DNA of 64,000 nucleotides from Corallochytrium limacisporum Hawaii (lineage: Eukaryota; Protista; Pluriformea): the NCBI GenBank assembly GCA_002811645.1, contig PDIP01000063.1:201190-265189 (forward strand), in the 5' to 3' direction. Made by a program: the position numbers and the translations under genes. Shown piece by piece: positions 11,365 through 22,679 of this stretch. The notes below the pieces were generated by a model. That model was not told where the DNA came from, searched no databases, and was given only the letters and a program-made list of their open reading frames with translations. Numbering within the stretch: position 1 is the first letter of the stretch; each line of letters opens with the position of its first letter.

Positions 11365-12417
11365 CGTACACAATACACAGCCACACAATGTTCCTTTCTC
11401 CTTTCAATTCATACTACCCTCTTGACCACTAACAGATGGTTATCAAGGTCTGTCTATGACTCGAAACATATCGTTCTCATACTGTCTGCGGGAAGAAGCC
11501 AATAGTTGAAATACCTAATCTATGATGTCCACAACAGACCGCCACGCTGGGGATGGCCAACAAAACTCCAAGGAAAGCGACAAGTTATGTAAAACGAAGA
11601 TCCACAAGGCGACATCAAGCCAGTAGCATAAAATGCCGTTGAGCAAACAAAAACAAACCCAAAACGCACCATCCGGAATGATCACTCAAAGAACAAAACA
11701 CTCTCAATATCATTGGTCAACCTCCGCACCCGTGGGCCGGGCTCCCGAGGCCCCCCTCCCCGTGCCACCGGCCGTTTTTGCCAACCGGGTGGGCGGATGG
11801 CAACCAGACACCAATGGCCGGCGCCCCTAAGGGTCGTCCAGCTCTTCTCCTCTCGGTGGCCTCTCTCAACTGGCCTTAGGTTCGCCTGCCCACCTCCCGC
11901 TTCCCCTCAAGACTGGCTTTTTCCCGGCCCCTTCGAAACCCTAGCCTTAGGGTAAGCGATAGCTGCCTTTCACTAAGTGCCAACCCCCCCCCCTCTTCAG
12001 GGCGCCGGGGAAATAGGCCCCCGGTTTCCACCGCAACCCCACAGTGGGCCTTGTACATTAGGGAACTGACACCCTCCCCCGGGGAGGGGGGGGGCGATTT
12101 GAGGGGACAAGACGGGGCCTGAGGAGAATTCGAGACGATGCGAACGTGTTCTTGAGCGTGGACCGACAGCCTGAAAGCACGACAAAAAAAAGGTTGTAAT
12201 TGTTTTCTATGGAGAATAATGTGTTTCTTTAATGATACATGCTGCAAATCCCAGTCTACATCTTCGATTTGAACAGGCGGCGCTTGATCAAGGTAAACGT
12301 TGATGGAGCTTCGTCGTCTTGGTCGCTGCCTGACGAGCCCGGAGCGATTTCGGCAACATCTGTCCCTGCCGCATGGCAGTCACTGGCATCTCTATCTGGC
12401 GATTCCCTGCCATGTAG

Positions 12418-14037
12418 TCATAGCTTATTGCTTGATGATGCCGGTGCAGGAGCTTGATCACGGGCCTCCTGTTCCTCGAGACCTCCAGCCTTATGACACA
12501 TCCAGAAGAGCAGGGTGTCGCGGTAGTACATGATCTGATGCTTCTCCGCCATGAGATCGTAGACCTGACGAATACTGAGCTGTTTCCGCAGCAGGCTCTG
12601 GTCATCGGATACCACACATCCAATGCTCACAGCATAGGACAGATTCTCGTCATCGGTAGACCCGCCGGGAACGACACGCTTCAACTTACCACGCTCTGTT
12701 TGCATCGCCAGCGATTCGTATGAGCTTGTACGACGGGCGTCGGTCTCGGCATTAGTTTCGTACCGTCCCGTTTTCTCGGGCGCTTTGGGACCATCATTCG
12801 GTGCCGACGGGAAAGAAGTGTCGCGCTTGTTGGTCGCGTTCCGAGTCTCATCATGCGGTGTTGTGTTTTCTGCAATTTGCAGGGCATCGGTTGCGTCAAC
12901 GAGATCTTCACTGAAATCGATTAGATCCGGCTGCTCAGCCGGCACTGGCTGCGGCTCGCCCCGTGAGCTCCTCTGTTTTACTTCTTTCAGAGCTTGTTTC
13001 TGCACTGAGGTGTCCCAGACAACGAGCTTACCGATCGGTTCATAGCTCGGCACGAAAGTTTTGTATGCAGTCTTTCCTAGGGCTTCCAGGCCGGATGCAA
13101 ACCAACCAGCCCCACCTGAACTGGTGTTCTGCGGTAAGGTGCCTGATCCACCACTGTCCCGCGACACATTCTGGCGTCCGACGTTGCCAAACATTCGCGC
13201 CATCAGCGGTACCGCAGCCTCTCCGACGGACCGGAGATTATTGTAGACCATAGGTACCGGGTCACCCATCAGACAGAAATTGAAAAACGTAGCCGCAGCA
13301 TTGGTTTCGAGGTGCAGGCGGAGGGCTGTATCAGACAGCGCGATGAACGGGGCGCCAAAGGTCAGGCACTTCATCTTAGGGTATTTGCAACCAAAGTCAC
13401 GCTTGACCTTTTCCTGGAATTCTAAAGCTGCGACCTGTGCTATTGCACCACCAAGTGAATGACCGCAGAACATCACCTGGGCCTCACCGTAGCAGCACCG
13501 TTTGATCTCCTGGTCTTTGTACTCGTCGTACATTTTCTTCAACACCGGACGGATGTGAGTAAAGGCGCTCACAAAACCGCCAAAGAGCCCAACCTGTATG
13601 CCATTTTCAGCGCCTGAACCGCTCGAACCCTTTGATTTTGATTGCTGGGCAGCTGATCCCGTCGCCGCCAGGGACTGGTACGTTTCCGGTTCGCCCAATG
13701 TCATGTATGATGGCATAGCCCGGACATTGAATTTGAGCCAGTCACTAACCGACTTGGTACCTCGAAAGGCAAAGATCATGATTCCTTCATACCGCACCAA
13801 TAAAATGGTCAACGGCTCTGCACCTTCACCCACATCCACAGTCTCATGGCGCTCTTCCATGGTGGTCAAGTTTCTGCGGTACCGCTTGAAAACCTCCATG
13901 TCTACTCCAGGAAGCAGCGTTGCATCTGGATCAAGCACATCCCCATAGGCTGCCTCAGAAGCTACAAGAGCCTCCACAACTTCGACAATGTCAACCCCTT
14001 GCAACAGGTCATCGACGTGATCGACGCCCTTGGGCAT
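12418..14037 (-). CDS. Lipase class 3 family alpha/beta hydrolase (539 aa)
   Basis: IFAFRGT motif, nucleophile elbow FCGHSLGGAIA, TFGAP, catalytic-Asp region GDPVP, late His (EKHQIMYY). Confidence 0.92.
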   Translation of the reverse strand: MPKGVDHVDDLLQGVDIVEVVEALVASEAAYGDVLDPDATLLPGVDMEVFKRYRRNLTTMEERHETVDVGEGAEPLTILLVRYEGIMIFAFRGTKSVSDWLKFNVRAMPSYMTLGEPETYQSLAATGSAAQQSKSKGSSGSGAENGIQVGLFGGFVSAFTHIRPVLKKMYDEYKDQEIKRCCYGEAQVMFCGHSLGGAIAQVAALEFQEKVKRDFGCKYPKMKCLTFGAPFIALSDTALRLHLETNAAATFFNFCLMGDPVPMVYNNLRSVGEAAVPLMARMFGNVGRQNVSRDSGGSGTLPQNTSSGGAGWFASGLEALGKTAYKTFVPSYEPIGKLVVWDTSVQKQALKEVKQRSSRGEPQPVPAEQPDLIDFSEDLVDATDALQIAENTTPHDETRNATNKRDTSFPSAPNDGPKAPEKTGRYETNAETDARRTSSYESLAMQTERGKLKRVVPGGSTDDENLSYAVSIGCVVSDDQSLLRKQLSIRQVYDLMAEKHQIMYYRDTLLFWMCHKAGGLEEQEARDQAPAPASSSNKL

Positions 14038-15243
14038 GATTGCATGTGTTGTTCTATATTTACGAGTCTATGGTTCCTACACAATAACTTTCTTCAAAAG
14101 ACAAACCCGCAACTTGATCTGGATAAATTAATCTCGTCATGGTTTTGGACATCAATTTGAGAATTCTAAAGCCCGTAGCGAGAGCTCACATTTCAAAAGT
14201 ACCAGCCTCCTGTCTCTCTCATCGGTCACCGGTCTGATACTTTGCCACCGAGCCCGCTTCCCCGCCGAAAACAGGAGTCTATTTTCCAACCTTCGGAAGA
14301 CTCCTACCTCTACGGCCTCGCCAGTGTATTTACTATACGAATTCATGCGCCGCAGTTCATTCAGTACTGGCCCAAACAAAACAACTCGAACTACGGCAAA
14401 CACACACGCACAAACCGCCAGTGGTGAATGCACGGAGGGTGGGAGGGGGAAGGGGGGCACCCAGGGGATTCGCTTGGGCAGAGGTTCACCCCGTGGTGGA
14501 CTCGGCTCGGTTGGGATGGGCAAAGCTTGTGGGGATTGGGCGCATTTGAATGTGTGTGATGATATGCCGACAAGGATCGATTGCAAGTTGACCGCCAGGA
14601 GAAATCAGAACCTAGAGGTTTGGTACTTCAGAGTACACAAATGTTACTACTTTAAGTGAACGAAATGTACCGCAATCAAAATTTGATATTTTGTCAAGGG
14701 ATAACGGGACAAGCATATCACATATCCCTCAGGAAAACAAATCGTAGGGAACAGTAGAAGGATCATCTTTCTGAATTTAGCATAGTCACACCGCAGTAAA
14801 CATGAGCATGTTCGCGCGGGCAAACAACTGGGTTTCTTACATGTGGCGGGAGGAGCCCGTGGTTCTGATGTCCCTGATGATGGGAGCGGCAACCCCTGTT
14901 ATCGCGTGGTTCGCACCTCAGGGACCAAAGAACCGTTATCCTCTGAGCTATCCCATGCCCAAGGAAGAGTAAGTTCGGGGTTCTGGAAGTATTAAAAATT
15001 TTATATGGAAGGGTTTGCAAGAAACAACATAGTAACAGCAGTCTTGTGGGCATGGGTAAATAGCAATTTATACAATGGCACATAGGGGATCCGAGCCGAA
15101 AACTGGTAAAACAACAATACAGACCTTCTCGAACGAGTCAGATTCTCCATTGACCTTAGATCCTACAAAGGACGAAAGAAATTCTTTTGCTCAAGTGTTG
15201 TTCGCATAACTTTATCTATTCATACACAAGCTGAAGCGCCATT

Positions 15244-18144
15244 CTATCTGTAAATGTACGCCTTGCTCTGTGCAAATTGCTGCTTCTCAAGTTGCACTGC
15301 AAAGTTGCCAACACCGAGACTCTTGGCCAGCGCCGAGATGGAAGAAGTGATTTTTTGTTCATCCGCGTTCTCATCCACCATCAGCTTCAGCGTACCGACT
15401 TGCATATCCTCCGAGTGCTGCCAGAGATGGCCATCCTCGACGCTCATAACGCCAGGCGTGCGGAGCGCCTCCTGCGTCAGAGACTGCAAGGCACTGCGCA
15501 AGTTGGAATCCGGTTGATGAGTCAAATGTCCGTACGCACCACCCAGGAGCGGCAGCACGGATGAAAAGATCAGCGCAGCAATGAACATCGAACAAATCGG
15601 ATCGGCCGCAAGCCAGCCGAAGTTTTCGATCAACAGCGTGGAGATGATGACGCCGACAGAACCGAGAGCATCGGCCAGCACGTGGAGGAAAACTCCTTGC
15701 ATATTTTCATTGTGACCGTCGGCGCCGAAGAGCGAAGCCAAGAATCCGCTGCTCCCTTCTTCGCCTCCATGGCCATGACCATGGCCGTGGTCGGAGCCTC
15801 CGTGGCTGTGGCCGTGGTCACCACCTCCTCCGTGAGAATGGCCATGGCTGTGACCACCGCCGCCTCCGTGGGAATGGCCGTGACCACCTCCGCCGTGACT
15901 GTGTCCGTGACCAAAGGCGAACACTCCAACCAGATTCACCAACAGTCCAGCTACGGAGACTGCCAGCAGTTTCTCTGTACGGACGTGCTCGGGCTCGAGA
16001 ACCCGAGAGATGGCCTCAGAGAAGACAAAGAATGCAACAAAACAGAGCAGGATACCATTTGTAAAACCACTGATGGTCTCAATGCGAGCATAGCCAAAGC
16101 TGAATTGTCGACTTTTGGGCCACTTAGAGATCACAGAGGCAATCAAACCGATCAGGATGGCTGCACAATCGAACAGCATGTGGAAGGCATCACTGATAAG
16201 TCCTAGGGAATTGGTCCAAATCCCATAAAAGAATTCGACAAACATGAAGGCCAGGTTGAGGCTGAAAAAGAAGAAAATACTCCGGGAGTCGGGGTTCTCG
16301 AGGACGGTGCGCAGGAAGATACGCACGTGGCTTGTCATGGATGAGCCCTGGTATCTACCAGCACCATCGCTGACTCCGAAAGAAGGCAGGGCCACGGCCA
16401 AGCCAGCTGCATTTCGTCTGGCAAGTAGAGCGAGGCCAGAGGTCGCGGTTGTGGCCAGAGCATAAACCATTAGTCCAGCAGCGCAGATAAGGCCGAAGCT
16501 TAGACCCTCCATGGCCAAATCTCTTTCATCGACACCGGCACCGACATCGACGCTGAAGCCCAGGACAATCATGGAAGGTAAAGCTACGAGCTGAGTGAGC
16601 TGCTTTAGGCGCTGGACTTCCAGAAGGTCCTCCGCACTGGCGCCTTTCAGATCACTGCTGATCTTCACGGAGCCGTTACCCTCAAAGCCACCATCCCTGT
16701 GGCCGCCGGAATCGCGGTGGTGACCGTTGATACCTCCCGGGCCTCGGCTACGCATACCACCCCCATCAGATCTGAATGACCCGGTACCACCATAGTATTC
16801 GTCTCCATATGCAGCGGCCTTGGCAGCTCGAGCAGGTGAGTAGCCCTTGCCCGTACCGTAGAGATCCGGACCAGGGAGTGATCCATCCCTTGACTCAAAG
16901 AGAACATATGTTGGTTGCACGACGTCTCCAGAGCCTAAGAGGGTCGGCACCACTATGCTTAGGATGGCTAGCCCAAATGTTATGACCACGAAGCTCGTAG
17001 TCTCCATGCCCAAAATTGTCATTGCACGGTAGTCCTTTGAGGTCACGTCAGAAGCTGTCAGTTGGGCATAACTGAGCGCCACAAAATGCAATGACGCGGC
17101 GATACCGATGGCTAGGGTCCGTCCACGTGCTTTAGTCCAAAGGGGAGTTGCACTGGGGCCTACCGCTGGTCCACTATCCGACGCCGCTGCGGCCGCCATC
17201 TCGGCCAGCGAGCGGAGGCACTGTGACGCCAAGAGTGAGAGGACAGCGCCGAAGAGCAGACCAAGCATGGCACGGGTACTCGCGCTGAGACCCAGAGTAA
17301 GATCCAGGCCACCAAATTCTAGAAATGTGGAGTACGTAGCGGTGTTCACATTGTGATCGCCGTCGACGGCGGCCTTGTCAACTATGTCATGGACTTGGTC
17401 CCCTAAGACACCTGCCCCGTCCTGAAACTGGGCCTCTCCCATGCCAAGAGGGACCGCATCATCGTCCAAGTCAGCACCATTGTCAGCTGCATCCCAATCC
17501 AGGTTTGCATCGTCAACAACCTGCAGCACTTTCCTTCCCACCTGCTGCGTGATGTCACCACCGTGGTCGTGGGCGCCTTCACCTACAAAGGCTAGATTTG
17601 ATAATGAAACCAGGAACATGGCCAGTAACACAGCTACCATGATCTTCGTTACCGTTGGACCAACCCGTGATCCGCTCATAGTTGCTCCCATGCACATGGC
17701 AATGATTGTGTCTAGTCCCGCAGAAAGTATAACAGTCCGCAGCACACCGAGCGTTGTGATGGAGTTCCAGTACAGTGCGGTCTGACCCGCGATCAGCAAG
17801 CCCGTGATAACTACCAGGCCAAAGCTTCGTGTCGAACGTGCCCCTGCACCCTTAAGCATGCGATTGAGCATGGTGAACGGCTGTGTAATAGCCAGTAAGA
17901 CCACAAAAGCAGTCGCGAGCATCGCGGTTGTGACAAACGTGTCCGGTAGGTCCCGGGTAAGGTTGCGACCCAGGTACACAAAGCCCACCTCTGCAAATGC
18001 AGCAATGCAGGTGACCAGCACCTTCGACGAGCTTATAATCTGTTTAACATTGGGAAGAAAAGAGTGGTTCTGTAGCTTCCTTCCGGAGCCACTACTGCCG
18101 CCGAGCAGGGGACCGTCCCTACTTAGTCCCAAAGGATCGTTCAT
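15244..18144 (-). CDS. CDF zinc transporter of the ZnT5/Msc2/MTP12 type, with an extra N-terminal multi-TM region (966 aa)
   Basis: SRSIFFFFSLNLAFMFVE, SLGLISDAFHMLFDC, FSFGYARIE, His-rich (HGHSHGG)n loop, NMQGVFLHVLADALGSVGV, DPICS; hydrophobic N-terminal half. Confidence 0.95.
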   Translation of the reverse strand: MNDPLGLSRDGPLLGGSSGSGRKLQNHSFLPNVKQIISSSKVLVTCIAAFAEVGFVYLGRNLTRDLPDTFVTTAMLATAFVVLLAITQPFTMLNRMLKGAGARSTRSFGLVVITGLLIAGQTALYWNSITTLGVLRTVILSAGLDTIIAMCMGATMSGSRVGPTVTKIMVAVLLAMFLVSLSNLAFVGEGAHDHGGDITQQVGRKVLQVVDDANLDWDAADNGADLDDDAVPLGMGEAQFQDGAGVLGDQVHDIVDKAAVDGDHNVNTATYSTFLEFGGLDLTLGLSASTRAMLGLLFGAVLSLLASQCLRSLAEMAAAAASDSGPAVGPSATPLWTKARGRTLAIGIAASLHFVALSYAQLTASDVTSKDYRAMTILGMETTSFVVITFGLAILSIVVPTLLGSGDVVQPTYVLFESRDGSLPGPDLYGTGKGYSPARAAKAAAYGDEYYGGTGSFRSDGGGMRSRGPGGINGHHRDSGGHRDGGFEGNGSVKISSDLKGASAEDLLEVQRLKQLTQLVALPSMIVLGFSVDVGAGVDERDLAMEGLSFGLICAAGLMVYALATTATSGLALLARRNAAGLAVALPSFGVSDGAGRYQGSSMTSHVRIFLRTVLENPDSRSIFFFFSLNLAFMFVEFFYGIWTNSLGLISDAFHMLFDCAAILIGLIASVISKWPKSRQFSFGYARIETISGFTNGILLCFVAFFVFSEAISRVLEPEHVRTEKLLAVSVAGLLVNLVGVFAFGHGHSHGGGGHGHSHGGGGGHSHGHSHGGGGDHGHSHGGSDHGHGHGHGGEEGSSGFLASLFGADGHNENMQGVFLHVLADALGSVGVIISTLLIENFGWLAADPICSMFIAALIFSSVLPLLGGAYGHLTHQPDSNLRSALQSLTQEALRTPGVMSVEDGHLWQHSEDMQVGTLKLMVDENADEQKITSSISALAKSLGVGNFAVQLEKQQFAQSKAYIYR

Positions 18145-19571
18145 TGCAACTGACTTCCTGCTGTCTCTCCAACAGCAGAGACGTTTTCTTATACACAGCT
18201 AATTGGTTTCTATCCGATTCGCAAATGTGTACATCACCCGCGCACAGTCATGGTTGCTAGCAGCTGGAGAATCTGTTAGCACTCTCTGCAAATGTGCGCA
18301 TACTACTCCGCAACAGTACAATCGATCACACTCGTCCATGTATATACTATTCCCATACATACGCCACTTGGATCATATACCCGAGCAGCAACCATCCAAA
18401 GAGTCAGTAGGTAACCGGGTACTGTTGCATATGGCGTGAACAACTCTGTCCCGCCGTCAAAAATGTCAGCCATAGATTTCCGATTCTGCTGACCCGCGCG
18501 GGGCACTTGTTATGGTCGGGCGCCCCCGTCCCCCGGGGGAGGGGTTGTGTTTGGAGGGAGAGATGGTGCAAAAGCCACAACAACCAGGGGCTAAAGGGGA
18601 CGAAGGGGGAGAAATTCAGTGCTGTGCCCGTCCCCAGGGCTGCCCCCCTGCTTTGTCCCCCCCCNNNNNNNNNNNNNNNNNNNNNNNNNNNNNNNNNNNN
18701 NNNNNNNNNNNNNNNNNNNNNNNNNNNNNNNNNNNNNNNNNNNNNNNNNNNNNNNNNNNNNNNNNNNNNNNNNNNNNNNNNNNNNNNNNNNNNNNNNNNN
18801 NNNNNNNNNNNNNNNNNNNNNNNNNNNNNNNNNNNNNNNNNNNNNNNNNNNNNNNNNNNNNNNNNNNNNNNNNNNNNCCCCCCCCTGCTGCCCCTGGGCG
18901 CAGGGAGATCATCCTTGAACCTTACCCCACCTGGGGGGCTGTTCCCCCAGGGGGGGGGCCCCCTTTCCGTTGCCCACGCCTGGGGGCTCCTGAGGTGAAA
19001 AAGCCGAATGAAACCGTTTCCCCATTTACAAAATTCGGGGGCCTATTTTATATACAGTCTTTTTCTCCTATTCTTTTTTACGGGCATCGGTTCCCCTTGC
19101 GTCCTGGGACCCCGGGGGGGGTTGGGTTTGTAGCTTGGGGACTCCCCGCTTGGCTCTTTTCTTATTGGGCTCCCCTCCGCCCCGAGCTGGGTACCGGTGG
19201 TACTGAGTTTTGGCGGGAAGACTGGCGCGAAGCCCTCGAAAAAACAGGACACGGGGACCGGTGGCTGAGAGACTCGGGGACGGTAGGCAAGGGGCAGGTT
19301 AGGCTCTGGGAACCGAAGTTGCCCTGCGGGTCTCATATTGCCTATTCCTTTGTTTCTTTCAGCTCCCTGATGAAGCTGGTTTGGTATTTGATAGGATAAA
19401 CACAGCTTGGAAAGCAAGCAGGCCCAAAGCGAAGCTATGGTGTATGGAAGAACACGGGAAGAGCAAGGTACGAAAGCGACATATTTGAATAGCAAACCAC
19501 GACATGGGTCATAGAATCGAGCCAGTCTGGATTATTTTGTTAGCATAGATCACAAGCATACAGCAAACGTA

Positions 19572-20972
19572 ATGCCAGCGCGGACGACCACCAGAAAAAA
19601 GCCAAACTACGCGTTTGAAGACGTCCGTTTTGAAACCTTTGGTAATTCATGGAAGTTCGGAACGGAGTCCACCGTCTCCGCCGAGAGGCTAGCAGCCGCG
19701 GGCTGGTACCGCATCAATGCCGATTCTCAGGATGACGAGGCCGTGTGTTTTGCCAGCGGAAAGAGCCTGTGGGGCTGGGAAGAGAACGACGATCCCTTCG
19801 AAGAGCACGGAAACCACTGTAAGAAAGTTTACTGCCGCTGGGGCTTCCTGCAGGAGACGGATGCCCGGCTGTCAACCTTCAAGGACACCAAATGGCCTCA
19901 CACGCTCCGCTCTGCTCATGAGCACCACCCGAAGCACCTATCCGCGGCTGGCTTCTACAGTTTTCCTACTTCGGCGCAACCCGATCGCATCCGCTGCCAT
20001 TATTGTGGCCTGCAAACTTCGGGCCTCGGCAAGGGAGGCCAGCACGAGGGAGTCGATGCCTGGACTCTGCACCTGCAGGGCCTGATTGAATGCGTCAAGG
20101 AGCTGAAGCAGCAGGAAATGGAAGAAAAGGCCAAGCAACAGAAGGGCAAAAAGAAACCCAAGCGAGGACAGCAAGCGGACACTAGCGCCATGGATACTGA
20201 GGTGACATGGTCGGATGTGCAGTCTATGTGCAAGCACGTTGCCGACAAAGCGGAGGAGGCTCTGGGTTCGGACGTTCTTAAGCTCATGTTCCGCACCGAC
20301 AGTGAGGACTTGTCGGAACCGGCAGCAGAGACAGAGCCTGAAAAGTTTGCCTACGAGGAACCGGAGACCACGGACGTGACAGAGGAGGCAGCGGCGAAGA
20401 AGCCGGCCGAGCACGCGGAGTCGACGAAGGAAGAGAAGCCCAAGGCAAAGACTGTGGCAAAGAAACGAACGGCGCCCGCAGCCAAAAAGACCGTTGCGAA
20501 GGGTACGAAGAAAGGTGGCCGTGGTGGCAGTAGTGCTGTTGCTGCTGCGGCAAAGAACAAGAAGAAATCGTCAGCAGTTGATCAGGAAGGCGAGGAACCG
20601 CGTCCCGAGAGACAGGAGGACGAAGACAAGAACAAGGAACATGCCGTCGAAGAGCAGAAGAAGCAGGATACATTGGCACTGGTGCCAAAGCCTGAACAGA
20701 AACAGACGGTGACCGCGATAACCACAGGAGAGGGAGCTAAGACTCTGGAACACTCGTCGGAAGCAGTCACGGAGGTTGAGGAGGCGGAAGAAGACGATGC
20801 AACGCCACGCGATGACTACCCCTCCGGTACCGTGGAGGCTGTCCTACGGGCAGCGTTCGAGAACCGGTTGGAGGCCATCGAACGGTACTTTGCGGAGCAG
20901 CGCGAGGACTTCTTACAGCGAGCCAATGAAGCCGCTGCCCAGCTACCCAGTGCAAACAGCGTCGGGCCCTGA
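19572..20972 (+). CDS. BIR1: Bir1/survivin-like chromosomal passenger protein with two BIR repeats (466 aa)
   Basis: BIR1 RFETF...W...LAAAGWY...CFASGKSLWGWEENDDPFEEH. BIR2 RLSTF...WPH...LSAAGFY...RCHYC. C-terminal helix GTVEAVLRAAFENRLEAIERYFAEQREDF resembles the fungal Bir1 C-terminus. Confidence 0.85.
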   Translation: MPARTTTRKKPNYAFEDVRFETFGNSWKFGTESTVSAERLAAAGWYRINADSQDDEAVCFASGKSLWGWEENDDPFEEHGNHCKKVYCRWGFLQETDARLSTFKDTKWPHTLRSAHEHHPKHLSAAGFYSFPTSAQPDRIRCHYCGLQTSGLGKGGQHEGVDAWTLHLQGLIECVKELKQQEMEEKAKQQKGKKKPKRGQQADTSAMDTEVTWSDVQSMCKHVADKAEEALGSDVLKLMFRTDSEDLSEPAAETEPEKFAYEEPETTDVTEEAAAKKPAEHAESTKEEKPKAKTVAKKRTAPAAKKTVAKGTKKGGRGGSSAVAAAAKNKKKSSAVDQEGEEPRPERQEDEDKNKEHAVEEQKKQDTLALVPKPEQKQTVTAITTGEGAKTLEHSSEAVTEVEEAEEDDATPRDDYPSGTVEAVLRAAFENRLEAIERYFAEQREDFLQRANEAAAQLPSANSVGP

Positions 20973-21229
20973 AGGACCAAATCCTCCAAAATCACACAAG
21001 TCTCAACTTGCACATTCACTACAGCCACTAAGAAATCACACAAGGCACTCACACACACACACAGAGTGTTACATAAACGTACACGTATATGCTTGGGGAG
21101 TGAAAAAAATGTTTAATGTTATACAAGAATATGAGGTCAGAAAATGATAAAAAATGAATGATTAGGTTCTCACAGAAAAGCGATGTAACTTGATCTTTCC
21201 GGCAGGGTGTCCAAGCAAGCCATGTCAGT

Positions 21230-22270
21230 TCACTTGCTGCTGTTACTGCTCCTGTTCTTGGATGACCCCTTGGCCTTACCAACCTTCTTCAGGAGCCCTT
21301 TGAGCAACGAACTCTTCCGTTTTACGAAACCGCTGTCGGCAGACTGCCGCGTATTGTCCTTGGTTTCGTTGCTCTGCTGTCGCTGCCGCTGGATCTCCTG
21401 TGCGAGCCGCTTTCCACTTACAGCACCAAGAGTGGCACCATGAGTATTTTCTTCCTGTTCTTCGGACAGCGGTGTCTCGCTCTCGTCCTCCTCTTCCAAA
21501 CTGTCCACGGAAATGTGGCGCCCGCCCTGGGTACTGCCACGCTCGGTCTGGGAGCGGCTGACCGGGACTCCCCCGCGGCGCTGCGGCGACGGCTTTTCAA
21601 AGAGAATCTGCGGCATGGATCCAGCTGTGGCGCTGCCCCGCCCGCTCTCTGATCGTGTCCGTGGTCTGAGACGACCACCCGAGCTGCGCTTCTCGCTCTG
21701 CTCCCGGTAGTCCTCGGTAGTCATGCGGTACTTGGGCAGAGTATACTCCGCGTATTCCGGGACGTTGAGGGCCATGTCCTGAAAGAGTGACTGAATGATG
21801 TTCTCACCGCTGCACCCGAATGCACTGTCCCACCACTGTTCGTATAGATTTGCCAACCGCCGGAAGTGTTGCGGGTTGGCCTCCACTCCGTTGGCGCGCA
21901 GCTCACCGATCACATTCTCCCAGGTGCCGGGTTCCTGGCTCCGACTGCCTACAGGGATGGTAAGTCTCGTTTTGATAACAAGTAGACGGCTGAGGTCGAG
22001 CAGAATTTGTACGTGGCACTTTGCCCGGAAGAGATCCCTTTCCTTCCGCACTTCGGCCAGTTCCTGCTGGCGCTGAGAGGCGGGACTGTCATTGCTCCGT
22101 GAGTTTTCCTTTTTACCAGACTGCCGTGCCCGATCCCGGCTGGCGTCCAACTTGGACCGTCTCACCTCGACCTCCAGAGCAGACCGAGGAGACCTTTGGG
22201 GTGATCTGGCACCAGCGTACGTGTTCGCCACGAGTGCGGGCGACTGACGAGTCTGCACTGCAGCACTCAT
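21230..22270 (-). CDS. Hypothetical protein (346 aa): short coiled coil plus a ~110 aa helical core flanked by S/R-rich disorder
   Basis: ATG in aacATG context, 1-kb ORF, convergent with BIR1. No family recognised. Confidence 0.75.
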   Translation of the reverse strand: MSAAVQTRQSPALVANTYAGARSPQRSPRSALEVEVRRSKLDASRDRARQSGKKENSRSNDSPASQRQQELAEVRKERDLFRAKCHVQILLDLSRLLVIKTRLTIPVGSRSQEPGTWENVIGELRANGVEANPQHFRRLANLYEQWWDSAFGCSGENIIQSLFQDMALNVPEYAEYTLPKYRMTTEDYREQSEKRSSGGRLRPRTRSESGRGSATAGSMPQILFEKPSPQRRGGVPVSRSQTERGSTQGGRHISVDSLEEEDESETPLSEEQEENTHGATLGAVSGKRLAQEIQRQRQQSNETKDNTRQSADSGFVKRKSSLLKGLLKKVGKAKGSSKNRSSNSSK

Positions 22271-22679
22271 GTTTGGAGTTTCTTATTTGTTCTGTTCTTG
22301 TTGAGCGAAAATTTCGACCGGTACAATCTCCCGATTCTTTCACCAAGGACTCCTAACTGATCTCAAAGCAACGGTTCCCAAGTTAAACTCTTCGTGCACT
22401 GATATGTTCGCTATTGTTACAATGATCTACGTCCGTGCTCCCTTGAAGGTTTCCGATACAACGGGTCGTCTGATGTACCTGCTTGCTCGCCATTCGGATG
22501 GCAGGTCGTCGTCCATCCGCCCCACCATGGATCGTGCTGCTGCTGCCCATGTAACCCCAATAGCAACGTTTCCAGAATGTTTTAACCTTTCTCTTTGGTC
22601 TCTCACTTGTGCTTTCCTTAATGTTTCCACTTTGGCCTTTGGTCCCATCCGCGACACGTATCGGGTGGTCCTAAGGCTT

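Noticed and set aside
22427-22648. Possible 73-aa minus-strand ORF MGPKAKVETLRKAQ...
   Set aside because: No recognisable motif; probably 5' UTR/promoter of the 21230-22270 gene. Cannot be supported without expression data.
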